Shown here in pieces: positions 13,756-26,669 of a DNA stretch of 64,000 bases (position 1 is its first letter; every line of letters starts with the position of its first letter). Under the pieces are notes generated by a model. The model worked only from the letters and a program-made list of their open reading frames with translations, was not told the origin of the DNA and searched no databases. The DNA comes from Hydrolagus colliei (Eukaryota): contig CM068756.1 of the NCBI GenBank assembly GCA_035084275.1, positions 7,564,001-7,628,000 on the forward strand, read 5' to 3'. Both the position numbers and the translations under genes were made by a program.

Positions 13756-14471
13756 CAGTAGAAGCCTGTTTATCCCTGACTCGATGAACCGGTACTTATA
13801 ACCAGCACGCCAAAAAAAGTCCCCATTCGATAAACCGGAACTTGTCCTGAACAATAGCGGTGGAGCATTTGTAAATGCATAAATAATAACAGATAATAAC
13901 AGAATATTGTATTGTATTGTTAAAACTACTCTCTTGCGCTTCTCACCTTCACTGGTAGATGCTGCGCTTGAAGCCATGATGATGCGGTTGAGGTTTATAG
14001 TCCAGCGATTCTTTTTAAAATGGAGCACGCCAAGCGGGTGAAAAAAACGGAGCGAGACTTTAAAGCCTTACTAGCGGCAAGCCGATAACCCTAGCCGATA
14101 ACCCACATTGTCGCGCAGGTACAGTATTTCAGTCTGCCACGAGTAGAGTCTAGGGTTATCGGCTTGGCACTAGTAAATTCGCGCTGCCGTTTTTTTCACC
14201 CGCATGGCATCCTCCATTTTAAAAAGAATCGCTGGACTATAAACCTAAACCAGTAAAGGTGAGAAGTGCAAGAGAGTAGTTTTAACAATAAGTACCAATA
14301 CAATATTATGTTATTATCTGTTATTATTTAGTTTGGTGTGTATGGTGTGTGTTAAAAGAACTTAAATTTTTTTGTGGTGGGTTTCCGGCCACGGGCTGCC
14401 CAAATATCCGGCAGGTGCCTTAACCGGCAATGGCCAGGTCCCGCGGGTGCCGGATAAACGGGCTTTTACTG
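13756..14471. mobile_element. Non-autonomous Tc1/mariner (pogo/Tigger) element with internal fold-back
   Basis: TA|CAGTAGAAGCCTGTTTATCC ... GGATAAACGGGCTTTTACTG|TA terminal inverted repeats with TA duplication; relic transposase N-terminus MASSAASTSEGEKRKRVVLTI (Jerky/TIGD-like) from ATG at 13977 on minus. Confidence 0.9.
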
Positions 14472-16035
14472 TAATACTTTTACAAGTGAACTCTTCATTT
14501 TAAATGTTCATGTGTTCTAACCAATCTTTGCACTTACATTCAAAATACAACTGCCTTTTCCAATTGCCTTAATTTAAAGAACTTTGAAAAAAAAACTTTT
14601 GTTTGTCTCTATCTTTCAAGTAAGACAATTTCATATGTCAATGTTGCTGGAAGATTTTTTGTGTCAGAATAGATGAATTCAAAATAAAACTTATCAGATT
14701 TTGAAACATTGCTTTCTTCGTCATAAATAAATTACACCCTACGAACTTGTAAAAATGAAAGTATTCTGAGGAAATAAATTTTTCCATTTTATGTCTGGAT
14801 AAGACATAGGGGCTTCAAGAGGCAAACGTGAGTGGAATCATATTTATTCAGCAGCAAGTATGTATTCAGCAAATAAAAACAAAAATGCAACCCTTACCTC
14901 TGTTTTGTTCACTTACAGCTGGTATATCTATTTAAAACTTTTTAACTGCTGTATTTATAAGTACACCAACAACCTAAATCGATTGCTCCAATGCTAACAC
15001 AGGCCGAATTCCCGCCTCAATGCAGACTGAAAGTGATGTGAGGCTTGTAATCAGACCCTCAGCGGGTTCTCAGACACATGTACACAATTACTAACTAAGA
15101 AAACAAAAAGTCAAGGAATACACACTTAAAACTGCATAGTGTTTCTGAAATGTACTTACTGAAACTTCATTATTCTGAGAAATCATATTATATATCAAAC
15201 CCAGTAGCTCTCTTTGCAAAGCATTTAGAAACAAAAATCTATGCCCATTTAATTTAATCTGTAATGCAATTTGGAGGTTGCGAATGTAAAGGAAAAAACT
15301 TCTGGGCTTCTTATACAGCCCAGAAGAGGCCATTCGGCCCATCTTGTTATTGCCGGCTCTTTGAAAGAGCTGAAATTAGCGCGGCAAACTTGTCCTCCCC
15401 AAACTTGTTATCGAATCAGCTTCCACCAGCCTTTCAGGCAGAGAATCAGAATTCAAAAATTACTAAGAATGCTTTCAGGGAATGTCATTTTGATCAACAT
15501 GGCATTCAATTGTCCTATTTAAGCCATCCCATCAAATATGGTTTATCAGGGCATTGAGCAGGAAGGCTGGAAGCACAAGGCTAAATGCAGCAACAAACCA
15601 TAGGGATCACAGCTTTCTAATTATCCTCTTTTCTGTATTTTTGGTAAACCGGAAATGAACAGTTTTTTAAAAAAACTGTAAAATCATTTTTAAAAAGTTG
15701 CAAAAATGCTATATACTGTAACTCCTTTCATGTCTCAAAGTACTTCATACAGCTGACAGGGCACTTGAACTGTGAGGTAGGGAGAGAGAGTGAGTGAGAA
15801 GCCCTGAGTAACTTCATTGTAGGTCTTGGAAATACTGTACAGTTTTTGTTTAAAAGGCATGTGAATGTTGCTGTATGTTGGCAGTGCATTGGTACTCCAG
15901 TCACTTGTATTATAATGAGGAGTCCAAGGTTTGTACCTACAATGTTATATCAAATAAACCATTCATTTAGCCATCCTGTCAAAGGAAAATGCATAGGCTT
16001 ATAAGTGTGAGAAGGTGTCCCACAAGGTCACTGCA

Positions 16036-16092
16036 TATATCTCTCTATATATATATATATATGTAATATAATAATATATGTGTGTGTGTATA
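16036..16092. repeat. (TA)n/(TG)n microsatellite
   Basis: Direct reading of dinucleotide runs. Confidence 0.85.
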
Positions 16093-16099
16093 AGTAAAC

Positions 16100-16350
16100 T
16101 GGGAAAGATCTTAAGCGAGTTTAGCAGTAGTTTCTTTCCACAGTGGGAGGTAAGAATGTAGAACGCAATGTCAGAAGCTGTGGTTGAAGCAGAAAGCATC
16201 AAATCATTTAAGAAAAAATGTGATGTACACATAAATGGCAGGGAATAAAAGGGTAAAATAGGTAGAGGAAGGATGAAGACTCACCTGCAGTGGACCTGGC
16301 ATGGAACAGTTGGGCCAGAATGCTTTGTTTTAGTGGTATTGATTCTATGT
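16100..16350 (+). mobile_element. CR1 LINE 3' end
   Basis: Encodes FFPQWEVRM*NAMSEAVVEAESIKSFKKKCDVH (CR1 ORF2 end) followed by 3' UTR ttgggccagaatg and attctatgt tail. Confidence 0.8.
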
Positions 16351-18533
16351 ACAGTACTGTATATAATTCTTTACACAGAGGAGCAAATTTGCTTTCAGAA
16401 GGAAAGATAATAAATTGAAATGGAGAAGGCAGAGAAATAATAAACCATCATGAATCTTGACCTTCACTGTTATCCATCCCTACTCACAGCTATCTCCCAA
16501 AGTAGGGTCATTAGTTGGCCCCAAAAAGCTATTAGTTGCATATCTGTGTTCAACCAATAGTTTTGTGAAGTGTGAAGTTTACCCATGTGAATATCTTGTT
16601 CTAACTAGCCCAGGTAATGACTATCCTTGTGGAAGGGACTTTAATTTAGGTCTTACTCTTTCGCTATCAATGAAGAACATACCAGGCCGACTATTAAGTC
16701 ATTGTTTTTGACAATAGATTCATCTAAATATAAGAGACAAACAGCTGAGTTGATTGTCTGACACTTCATTTTGTCTGCATGGCAGCAGATGTTTTATTAC
16801 ATCCATAAAGAAAGATAGGACAGTAAATTACATTTTAGGCAGAATGGCAGGTAAAAATATAGTAGGCCTGAGTATTACTCTATCTTCATGCCTCAGACGT
16901 ATAAATATTCGGTAACTAAAACCAATTCCCCCCCGTATCTGAAACTAAAGTTAATGTTTATCTCTTTCTGTACTTCATCTCACAAGAAGCCTTAGGTTTA
17001 AAACACATTGCCTTAATTAGAAACCAGATTCAAATTCTTTTCATTTTCGGATCCTTTCCAAATCTGGAAACTAAAGCACATTCAGAGCTAGTATCATCAT
17101 TCTTTCCATGGATACAGGCTACCTTTGCATACTCTCCTGGCGGGTATATTGAGGAGCCTGGAGCCAATATATTAGGCTCAACATGGTTGATAGCTATTTG
17201 TGCATCATAATAGATTTGAGTTTCCACTTCACAGAGATCCAGGACAGGCAGCAAGGGCACCTGTGGCCAGTTCCCTGTTCCACTACAAATCTACTTGGTT
17301 GGTATTTAAACCTCTATCAGACTCTAACAGACAGAGCTTTATTATACATATATAATGATATTTTCAATGTCTGGACAAATATTGATCTATTGATCCAGGA
17401 GCAGAAGAGAATATGTCTGAGCAATATATCAAATAATCTCCTGAGTAATTTCCCTGTTTAGTGCTTTCACACTGTTGGAAATCAGAAGATTATGCGCTAC
17501 TAGTTACTTTCAAAAGAATAATTCCTTGAGAAATTCTGATATTATTCACTGTGGTTGGCAATTTACATAATCAATACTGATGTTTATCAGTACAAGTGGG
17601 ATGTTTACACCTGCCTTTAAACACTGTGTAGAGCTGACAGATCACCTATGGTAGGAAAGGCCGAAAGTAGTATGAATAATAACCATCAATATTAAATTGA
17701 TTCTCTTTGCCAGTAACTATTCATCAAAATGTTCTAGAATTCGATACCTAATTTCTGCATAAAATAATAAAGCAATGAAATCATCAGCAGAAGAAATCAA
17801 AGCCATCATGTATTTTGCTTGTTCAGCAATTAGTTACTTTTTGTAATCATATTTTTTGAATACATTTCTTCACGTTTTTGCCTATCTTGAGCAGGTATTC
17901 TGTACAAAGTGTGAGGCAAAAAAAGAATGAAAATCAGCAATCTTTACAGAAACTGATGTCCAAGAGGTATAGATGGTAAATCTACAGAAATTATGGGTTT
18001 GCTATTTTGCTGAAACCTAAATAGTGAGATTTATTTTTAAAAAATGCATTCCATACAGATGCAACTATCAAATTACTTTGATGGCAATTTTACTTTAATA
18101 TTAATATTAGAGATATTCTACTTACCAAATAAAATGGATCCTTTCTTTTTATTCGATAACTGTTGTGTAATTCTGTTCTAGTCAAGTAACAAATACGGCA
18201 CACAGGTAATAATTTGAAATTCTCTAACATACTGTAGGTAAAGTAGAAGTTCACCGATTCATTTTACAGTTGACAGATAATTGTATTTGATTTTTCTTAA
18301 GTGAACAGGGTTGAATGGGTGTTGAAAAGCTGAAGCAATTTTGATCTATGCATAGTTTCCATTCTTGCAACCAATGGATTAAAAAGCAATCATGGTGTCC
18401 AATATACTAAGTTTTTATTCCCAAAACATGTATGCTCACTCTGTACAATTTATTCAAAACAGAAGATGTCCTTTACTAATTTTTACTAAAAACGTGCCTA
18501 CAGAAAACATATGACTGCACAATCAACTATTAT

Positions 18534-19035
18534 TAATAACAACAACAATAACAACAAAATTACACTTGTAGAGTGCCTTTCATGTGGAGAGGACGTCTCA
18601 AGGCGCTGAATAGTCAGATCGGTACCCGAGAAAGGGGGAAGGACAGAGGCAGGATAGGGGGGAGGGGAGGGAGAGAGTTGGGAGGGCAGCAGAAGGCACG
18701 ATCGAAGAGGAGGGTCTGGAGACCAGCCTTGAAGTAGGCAAGGGAAGAAGTGAGTTGAAGGGACTGTGGGATGGAGTTAGAGAGTGTGGGGGCAGAGAGG
18801 CTGAAAGCCCATCCACTGATGGTAAGGGGGATCGGGCGGGGGAGATGGAGCAGACCGGAGCCCGCTGAACGGAGGTGGTGGGCAGATTGACAGGGAGTCA
18901 GCAGGGAGTCGGAGAGATAGGAGGGGGCAAGGACTTGAATGGCCTTGAAAGTGAGGACGAGGATCTTGAATTCAATCCTCTGGGGGATGGGGAACCAATG
19001 GAGCCGGGTGAGGGTGAGAATGATGTGGTCGCAGT
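18534..19035 (-). mobile_element. L2 LINE 3' fragment
   Basis: ORF 18614..19042: DHI..L..LHWFPIPQRIEFKILVLTFKAIQVLAPSYLSD...FKAGLQTLLF, hallmark L2 ORF2 C-terminus; (AAC)n tail. Confidence 0.92.
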
Positions 19036-21315
19036 TGTACATGTAAATACGTTAAGGCAGAACAGAAATTATGATCCCATTTTCTTCCTGGCTGTTCGAA
19101 TGACGATATAAGTAACGCAAAATAAATCACATAATAATCCACAGTTGTATATACCGAATGATCTTATATCACAGATTCATATATTCATCTTGGCAGATTT
19201 ACTTTTATTTTAGGCCAAACAGTATAGATGAAGTGCATAAACATTTCTGAACAAGTAATGCCTGAGGTAAAAGTAATTAATGGCCACACACTGGAAGACT
19301 AACCACTATGTTTCAAAGGGGAAAAAGCAATTGACAGGGGGCTTTGTTTATAAAGCAACTGTCAGTCCTTAGCCTCCAGCTGTTTTCTAATGAAACCCCC
19401 AGCTATGTGGGTACGTAGAAAAATCCACTGCCTCAAATTCATTACATTGAGTGAGTTCCAGACTTCACCTATACACAATACAGGTCAGAAATGGAATCTA
19501 TGGCAAGGTTCTGTAGGGATGGCATATACATTCTATACATGAGAACTCCATATTCAGTCTCTCTTTATTTTCCCTTGTTTCTCTATTTAGTCAATTCATG
19601 GTGCAGTCTGTTACTTCATCAGCTACTACCCCCAACGCCCTCACAACAGCTGTGGGCTTAATTATCAAAATAGCAGTTTAATAGGCTCATAACTGAACGC
19701 ACTTCATAACACACTAATGGAGATGCTATACAGATTCCTTCTACACCTTTTCCCAAATTTACTAATAAGATATGCATAAGTAGAGCTGTCTGTATAATTA
19801 CCATTTGTTAAAAAAAAAGCCCCCCTCCCCCCATTAATTCCCTGTATGATCTTTATATTCACAAGATTCATTATATGGATGGATATTTAGATGGTCACGA
19901 TTTCTATGTCCCAAATCTTAATGGGTGCTGAACTATCAGAATATCATTAGACTTGTCCAAGTTAAATACAGTATCCATTTTTCTCTTTCCCCTCCCACCC
20001 CACCACCAAATGAAAATATACAGGAAGTAATTCTAAAAGAGCTGAGACTCAACAGAATCATTTTTAAAGCAAGTAGAACTATTATGACTATGGGGTTGTG
20101 GAAAATCATGCCCCAATTGTATATAACATCTATGAGGTATTGAAGCCATAAAGCTCATAACAACTTAAAAAAGTTATTCTTGTACCCTCTGAGCAACCTT
20201 GGTAGCTGTCAATTGGGTTGCCTTTTTTGTGCCTTGTTCTAAAATACACCACCTTCCCAGTTTGGAGAAAATACATACTTAAATCATGAGGTGCCATTTG
20301 GTTGTAAGGATATTAATCACTTTCATTGTCATGAAACTGGAGGAAATTCTTTTTTTTGCAAATGATGAACGAATTTCATTGTGCAACATGTTTGAGGTGT
20401 TTCTCAACAGGAGAATGTAATGTGGTGTTTGAGTCTGATGTTCTTTTGCTGAATTCTTGGAAATCTGCTGTATGGAAACAGGATCACCTTGCATGATAAC
20501 ATTAACACATTGACATTTACAATTATTTAGGTTGTAAACCTGGTCATGCCAGAAACGAGGGTGGTACATGCCTTAAGATACACTTAAGACACTTAGAATT
20601 GGTTTGGAAAGTTGACCAACATTTTTCAAATTGTTCTTGACCACCACGATATAACTGCCAATTTCATATATACACAAACATGGAATGTACTATATAATCT
20701 GAAATATTTCTGAACATTAGCTATCCTTTCTCAAACTCAAACGTTCCCAAACCCTTAGAGCAAGCTGAGAATACATTCTTGGGCTTTTGTTATGTGAGCA
20801 TAAACCATTAATGGTTGATGAATGGCGCAGACTACAGGACAATGGGGTCCAAGGTCATTTTAGCTCCCTGAAATGCCCTGAGGGCAAAAAAAAATTCTTT
20901 ATAATCAAAATGGCTTGCTCTTAACAGAGATTTAGTACCTCAGAAACAAGTGTAAGGGAAGAAGGCAAAGGGAAATGGACATTCAGATCAAGCCCAGTGC
21001 TTAGTGGTACTCTCTTATGAACAGTTACCTGGAAGGTTAATCCCAGATGAAACTCGTATTTAACAATTAAAACAAATCAAAAACTGAGAAAAAAATAAAC
21101 CAAAGTAAACCGAAAGAAAAACAAAGAAATATGCAATCAAAAAATTTAGTAAAACCTGATTTAGTTGATATTGAATTGTGGTCCAAAATCACTTTCAACC
21201 ACAAACTATTGATTAAACCAGCAGCAGGATGAGATAAATTGCTAGCCAATAAATCTTGTGTACATTGCACATGTACTACATAGACAATTTACTGCTGCAC
21301 TAGGGTGACTCAGAT

Positions 21316-21400
21316 AAACAACAACAACAACAAAATTACATTTTTGGAGCACCTTTCATGTCGGGAGAACGTCCCATGGCGCTGAACAGTCAGGGGTCGG
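21316..21400 (-). mobile_element. Short L2 3' tail
   Basis: (AAC)n aaaattacatttttggagcacctttcatgtcgggagaacgtccc, same tail as at 18534 and 55835. Confidence 0.75.
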
Positions 21401-21616
21401 GAAGAAGAAACAATAACAGATCACAAAGTACTTTTCCTTAGTATTGTTAGGTCAGCAAAGGATGACGGGTACAATTTCCCACACAATACAACAGCTCAAA
21501 GGCAGTTGCACCTTTATATTCCTTGCGTTCGATTGCATTTAGGAATTTTTGGAGTCTATATTTAGATTTTGTAGCTGCAGACCACATGGCTATCCTGCCT
21601 TTATAGTCAGAGTCCT

Positions 21617-22095
21617 AGACAACATCAACAGTTTGCATTTATGTAGCACCTTCCAACTGGGTGGCGTCCCAGAGTGCTTAATAATGGCAAAACCCAAAGC
21701 CGTATCAGGCGGATGGTAAGGTGACCATAGGCACGGTCGAAAAGGAAGGTCTTCAGGCACAATCTGAAAATGGGGAAAGAGGGGCAAAGGAAATTGATTG
21801 AGGGAGCGAGCTCCAAAGCTTTGGGGCATAGCGGTTGAAGCGCGGCTGCCGATGGTGAAGTGGAAGATTTGAGGCACAAGGAGGAGGACGGAGTCAGTAG
21901 AGCAGAGGCAGCTTGTAGTGCTGTGAGGGGAGAGGAGGTTGGAGAGACGGGGACGTGGGGGGATTTAAACACTCGAGTGTGGATCTTGAAGTCGATCCAC
22001 TTTGTCAGGGAGCCAGTGGAATTTGGCAAGGACTGGGGTAATCAGGGTGTGGAGTTTAATGCAGATCAGAATGCGGGTGGCGGAGTTTGGGATAA
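21617..22095 (-). mobile_element. L2 LINE 3' fragment
   Basis: WIDFKI and FRLCLKTFLFDRAYGHL; same subfamily as 5943-6478. Confidence 0.87.
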
Positions 22096-24154
22096 GGTAA
22101 ATATACATGTTTTATACCTGGTGCCGATTCTACAAGCTCCTGAATGTGTGAACTTTCTCTTATGGCAGTTTCAGATTGTCGTGAGTAAACTTTACAAATC
22201 AAGATTGCAGTTTCCTTTGTCTTCCCATGGGTTTGGCTTCCCTTGGCTAAACCAGAAGCGGTCTGGGATCACACATCAAACTTTTTTTGGGAACAAAATA
22301 CAGGTAATTAATTTCTAAATAGTTGTAGCTTCTTTCTGACAACATGCAACACATCTGCTGCAGGCATCAATACTGCCATATAATTGATGAAGATTTGTTT
22401 GCTGAAACAGCATTCTAAATTGGGCTCAATGTAGCACATGTTATTTGTATAACGGTCCTAGTGAAAATCTGAGTTGTTTGGACATATTTTGAAAATTTGG
22501 TCCTTCAAGGCCTTGAACAACAGCAAAATTACATTTATAGAGCACCTTTCATGTTGAAGACTACATTATAATGCACATTACCTATATGTGTAAGTACTTA
22601 CTTATTCTTATTACTCATTCTTATATTCTGAGAGAATGCATTGTGTAATAATGAGCATTGTGTGGAAGGTGGAAGTTGAAAGATAGCATCCCAGCCTGAG
22701 GTGTAACATTGACTCAATATCTTCACTAACAGACCTTAAAGATCTCAAATTTACATTTGTCATTAAATCAATAAAAAAGTTTCAAAACAATCTTGTTTGT
22801 TGGACCAATCACTCAGTTTGGAATAGTTACCATTACTATCTATCTAGCGGCTATAGCTTTTCCTGTGGATATTTTGGGGGAAAATATCCAGAGAACTACA
22901 GAACTCAAGAATGCTTGTGCATTCGTCTAAATTCAGACAGCCAAATATATCTAGCTGTTAACTCTAAAGATGGCGGGATCTTAAAATGCATTCTTTACTG
23001 TTGCTTAGCAAACCATTTGTTTCCCACTTGACATTACCCATCATAAGCTTGGAACGAAAAGTTCACAAAGATATGTTAGACACCAAAACTGCAGGAAGAT
23101 ATTGACATCTCTGCAACATTTGCTACACAGTATTACACCAGCAAAAAGAAAAAGGAGCACAAGTTGATGATTTTCGCTATGTTCCATGGTATCTCATTTA
23201 CTATGCTTATATATTGTAAACAAACTCAATAAAATGTGTAGTATACACATTAGAATATTGAATTTAATAATAATTTATCGATGAATAATTCAAGTAGGGC
23301 TTGAATCAAAATAAGGTTTCTCTTGTTGAGAATGGACAGACTACTGAAGAATTACAATGGACCTAGGTTGTTTCTTTGTGACAAAAACTAGCAAGAACCC
23401 ATAGGCAGTTGTATATTATTTAGATAAGTAGTTTAGATATTTACTTTGGAACAAACAAAATCCATTTGGGAAATGGAGTCCAAAGAGGTACAGAAACAAT
23501 ATCAAGCTAAATATTTTTTTTTTATAAAATGTGAAAACTGAATTCCAGAGAGGAATTATACACATTATAAAAGTTTGCACAAGTACCAAAAACTTCGTAA
23601 AGGCTTTTCAAATTTAAACTACGTGTCTTAAGTGATCACTAATCGTTTTTTGTATCTGCTCTGTATTTTTCTCTCAAACATATTATAGCTTAAAAAAAAG
23701 TTTGATTGAATGCAATATAAGTGATTCTCTCCATATATTATTTGAAAAAGGCCCAGTGAGTCTAACTATAATTCTTTCAAATAAAATATTTCATTTCCTG
23801 TCTCTTTGTTGCATCTCGTGATAGCTGGATTACTGCACTTCAAAAATTCTATTAAATCTTATTCTCTGAATACTGACAATTCAGTAAAATAAAATGTTAC
23901 GCTCTCCAATAAATTAAAAATTACTGTCACATAAATATAGATTTTTCAGTTCAAACAAATCAATCCAGTAATATTTAATAAAACAAGCAAAACTACAGTC
24001 AAGGAGATTTGTTTTAAAATCAGGAAGAAAATACGCAGAAAGCCTCTCATTTACTTAACATTACACTCGCAAGGTTTTTATGTTTTTCAGCTTTCAGGTG
24101 AATTAACAAATTAAAGCTATTTGATTCTTTTACAAAATATTCCTAACGGAGAAT

Positions 24155-24285
24155 AAAATTGAGGGATATGGGAAAAGTATTTGGAGCGGGGGTGGGGGCA
24201 CGGTGGTTGGAAACTCGTGTGGATCATCAGCACAGATGAAATGACTGGTTTGTTTCCATGCATCTTGTGTGGTATGTAATTCCTG
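24155..24285 (+). mobile_element. Degraded CR1 3' UTR
   Basis: gagggatatgggaaaag...ctcgtgtggatcatcagcacagatg pattern of fish CR1 3' ends. Confidence 0.45.
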
Positions 24286-26282
24286 AATATCCTTCTTGAA
24301 AATACTAGATCCTGGGTATATATTTATGAGCTCTAACTCAAGAAAAAAAAACGAGAAGATTTAAAAGCACTATATCCCGTGCCTAGGTATGTGGCAAAAA
24401 CAAACAATGTATAGCCCCCTCAATCTCAAAAATAGTCTACTTAAGTAGTAAATGCATTGCAGTAACCTTCCATCCTTCCATGTTCCCAGCAGAACAGTGT
24501 GTGGACCATTAATTATATCACCTCTGTGTACCAAATGGTAATTTCTCATTCATTAACTCTTTACCTAATTGGATCCTCCACGATTGTTCCGATTCCCCTT
24601 TCACAACCAAAAACCTCCTAAGAGCAACACAAGCTGCTAAATACATCTAGCATTTTATAATAATTACATTTTTTCCTGTTGTTGATGACAACATATCAGT
24701 GCACAAAGCCAATTGAGAATTTTAGTCATTTTCATCCAACTTAAGTTCAAATGCAATTATTTAGTCCACCTTCCTCCCCCCAAAACAAAACAGATGGTTT
24801 GTTTGTCTTTCTATATTTAAATAGAATGAAAGATAACAAGAAAATTATCAAAAGCACTTATTTGCAACAGCTTTTGATGATGTTGTGGGTCGTCAAAGCT
24901 CTGTATTTCATTTCATAACATTTTCACAAGAAAACAATTTCATCAGAAGTACAAAGTCCATTATGAAGTCTCTGCTAATGCTGCTCCACACTGATCATCA
25001 TATAATGTTTGCCAATTTGAGGAAATTTGGGACTGGATTTTCTTATGAAATCACTTAACACTGCAAATACCATTAAATAACTGCAACAGCACCCTGCTAT
25101 TAATTAGTGTCAGTAATGCCTAATTTTGCTATACATATCTACAATCTTGCTATTATCAAAAATATAAATACAGTATCATGATTCAAGTGAAATATACTAT
25201 AGCAGGAATTATTGTTAAAACACTTTTGTTCAGCACTTGTGTAAACTGCCTTACCTTTCAATTTTAATATTGCCGTGCAAATATATTTCCTGTGGGTTAA
25301 GTGGTAACTGGGCAAATTGACTGGATTATCACACATAACCTGCAGGTTGTATGTTAAAAAATGTTAATCTCAGAAGAGAATAACATGATATAATTGTGTA
25401 TCTTACACTGTACACAATATTTCTTATTTTGCCCTCAAGTATATAATTACCTTGAGAATTGGCATTCTGCTACAAGCCTACACAAAGCTAAATATAGTTT
25501 ACCTTCGAGATCACTTTAAAATACAACTAAGCAATAAATTGTCTCAATGTACAAGCTTTCTGTTAAAAGTAGTATTCAAAGCAAAATTATAAGCCATATG
25601 CAAATGTCATAAATTAACCTATTTTGGTTAAAAATTCTGACTAATATGTTTTAAATGCAGAAAAATAGTAAAATGTTCTGATGTAAAAGTTGAATTTTAC
25701 ACAAATTCATTGTTACACAATGCAGGTCTCCCAATGTCAACTTGTAATTTACGGAAATAGGAAACAAAAGCAAAATGCAATTGCAGTGGCTGTTGAATAT
25801 AGTAAACTGTGTAAATTTTACACCAAGGATATATTGTTTTGTGGTTTTCAGTTATGCCAGATATTTTGTTCAGCACTTGCTGACAATATCAATGCATTTT
25901 ACTTTCCAGCCAGCTCCGTGCTGTGTACTGCTTGGGTCAAGGAGAAGGTAATGAATGCCTTTTGGTTCCATTTGAGTAAGGGAGGAAGAGGAGGTGTTGG
26001 TGCTTTTAATGCATAATTTCACTTAATAAAGTCAGTAAGAAAGTCTTACTGATCCAGTTTCTCAACTCTGGAAAAAAACACAGCCACCTGTGGACTACAA
26101 AGTGCTCGGCCAGCAGACAACTTTCCAGGGTTGGTTGGCTGACTGAGGATTGTCTCCCAGGTGTTGTAAAAAGCTTGGTTTCTCATTGAATTCTGGAAAC
26201 CTACTCCAGGTTGCATGTGGGCCTTTGCTATTCCTGACAGCAGAAGCAATTATGTGAACTGTCCATCTTAAAGAGGGTGAAA

Positions 26283-26669
26283 TAGTGTCCGGTGATATAT
26301 CGATATATATCGGTTATATCGGTATAATTTTTTATAATGATATGCCGAAATTGGAAATTCAAATATATCGATATGTCAAAAAATTCGATATGAAAAAATA
26401 TATCGATATATCGCAAATATCGGTATATCGGGTCCAGCGATATATCGGTATATATTGGTATAAAGTGAACTTTTTCAACTTACCTTGTCGCCGGCATTGC
26501 AAACCTCCTGGGCCCAGAGCATGGAATGCGCGCGCATATCAGAATGCGCGTGCACCCCGAATGCGCGCACAACTCCGAATGCGCGCGCATGCGCAGTACA
26601 AAAAAACCCGGAGATATCAATATTTCGGTATATATCGATATCGGAAAATTTCTATATCAACGGACCCTA
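26283..26669. mobile_element. hAT-superfamily MITE, 387 bp, CpG-rich
   Basis: TIRs TAGTGTCCG...CGGACCCTA; perfect 8-bp target duplication GGGTGAAA (26275-26282 and 26670-26677); arrays of ATATCG/CGATAT subterminal motifs. Confidence 0.93.
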
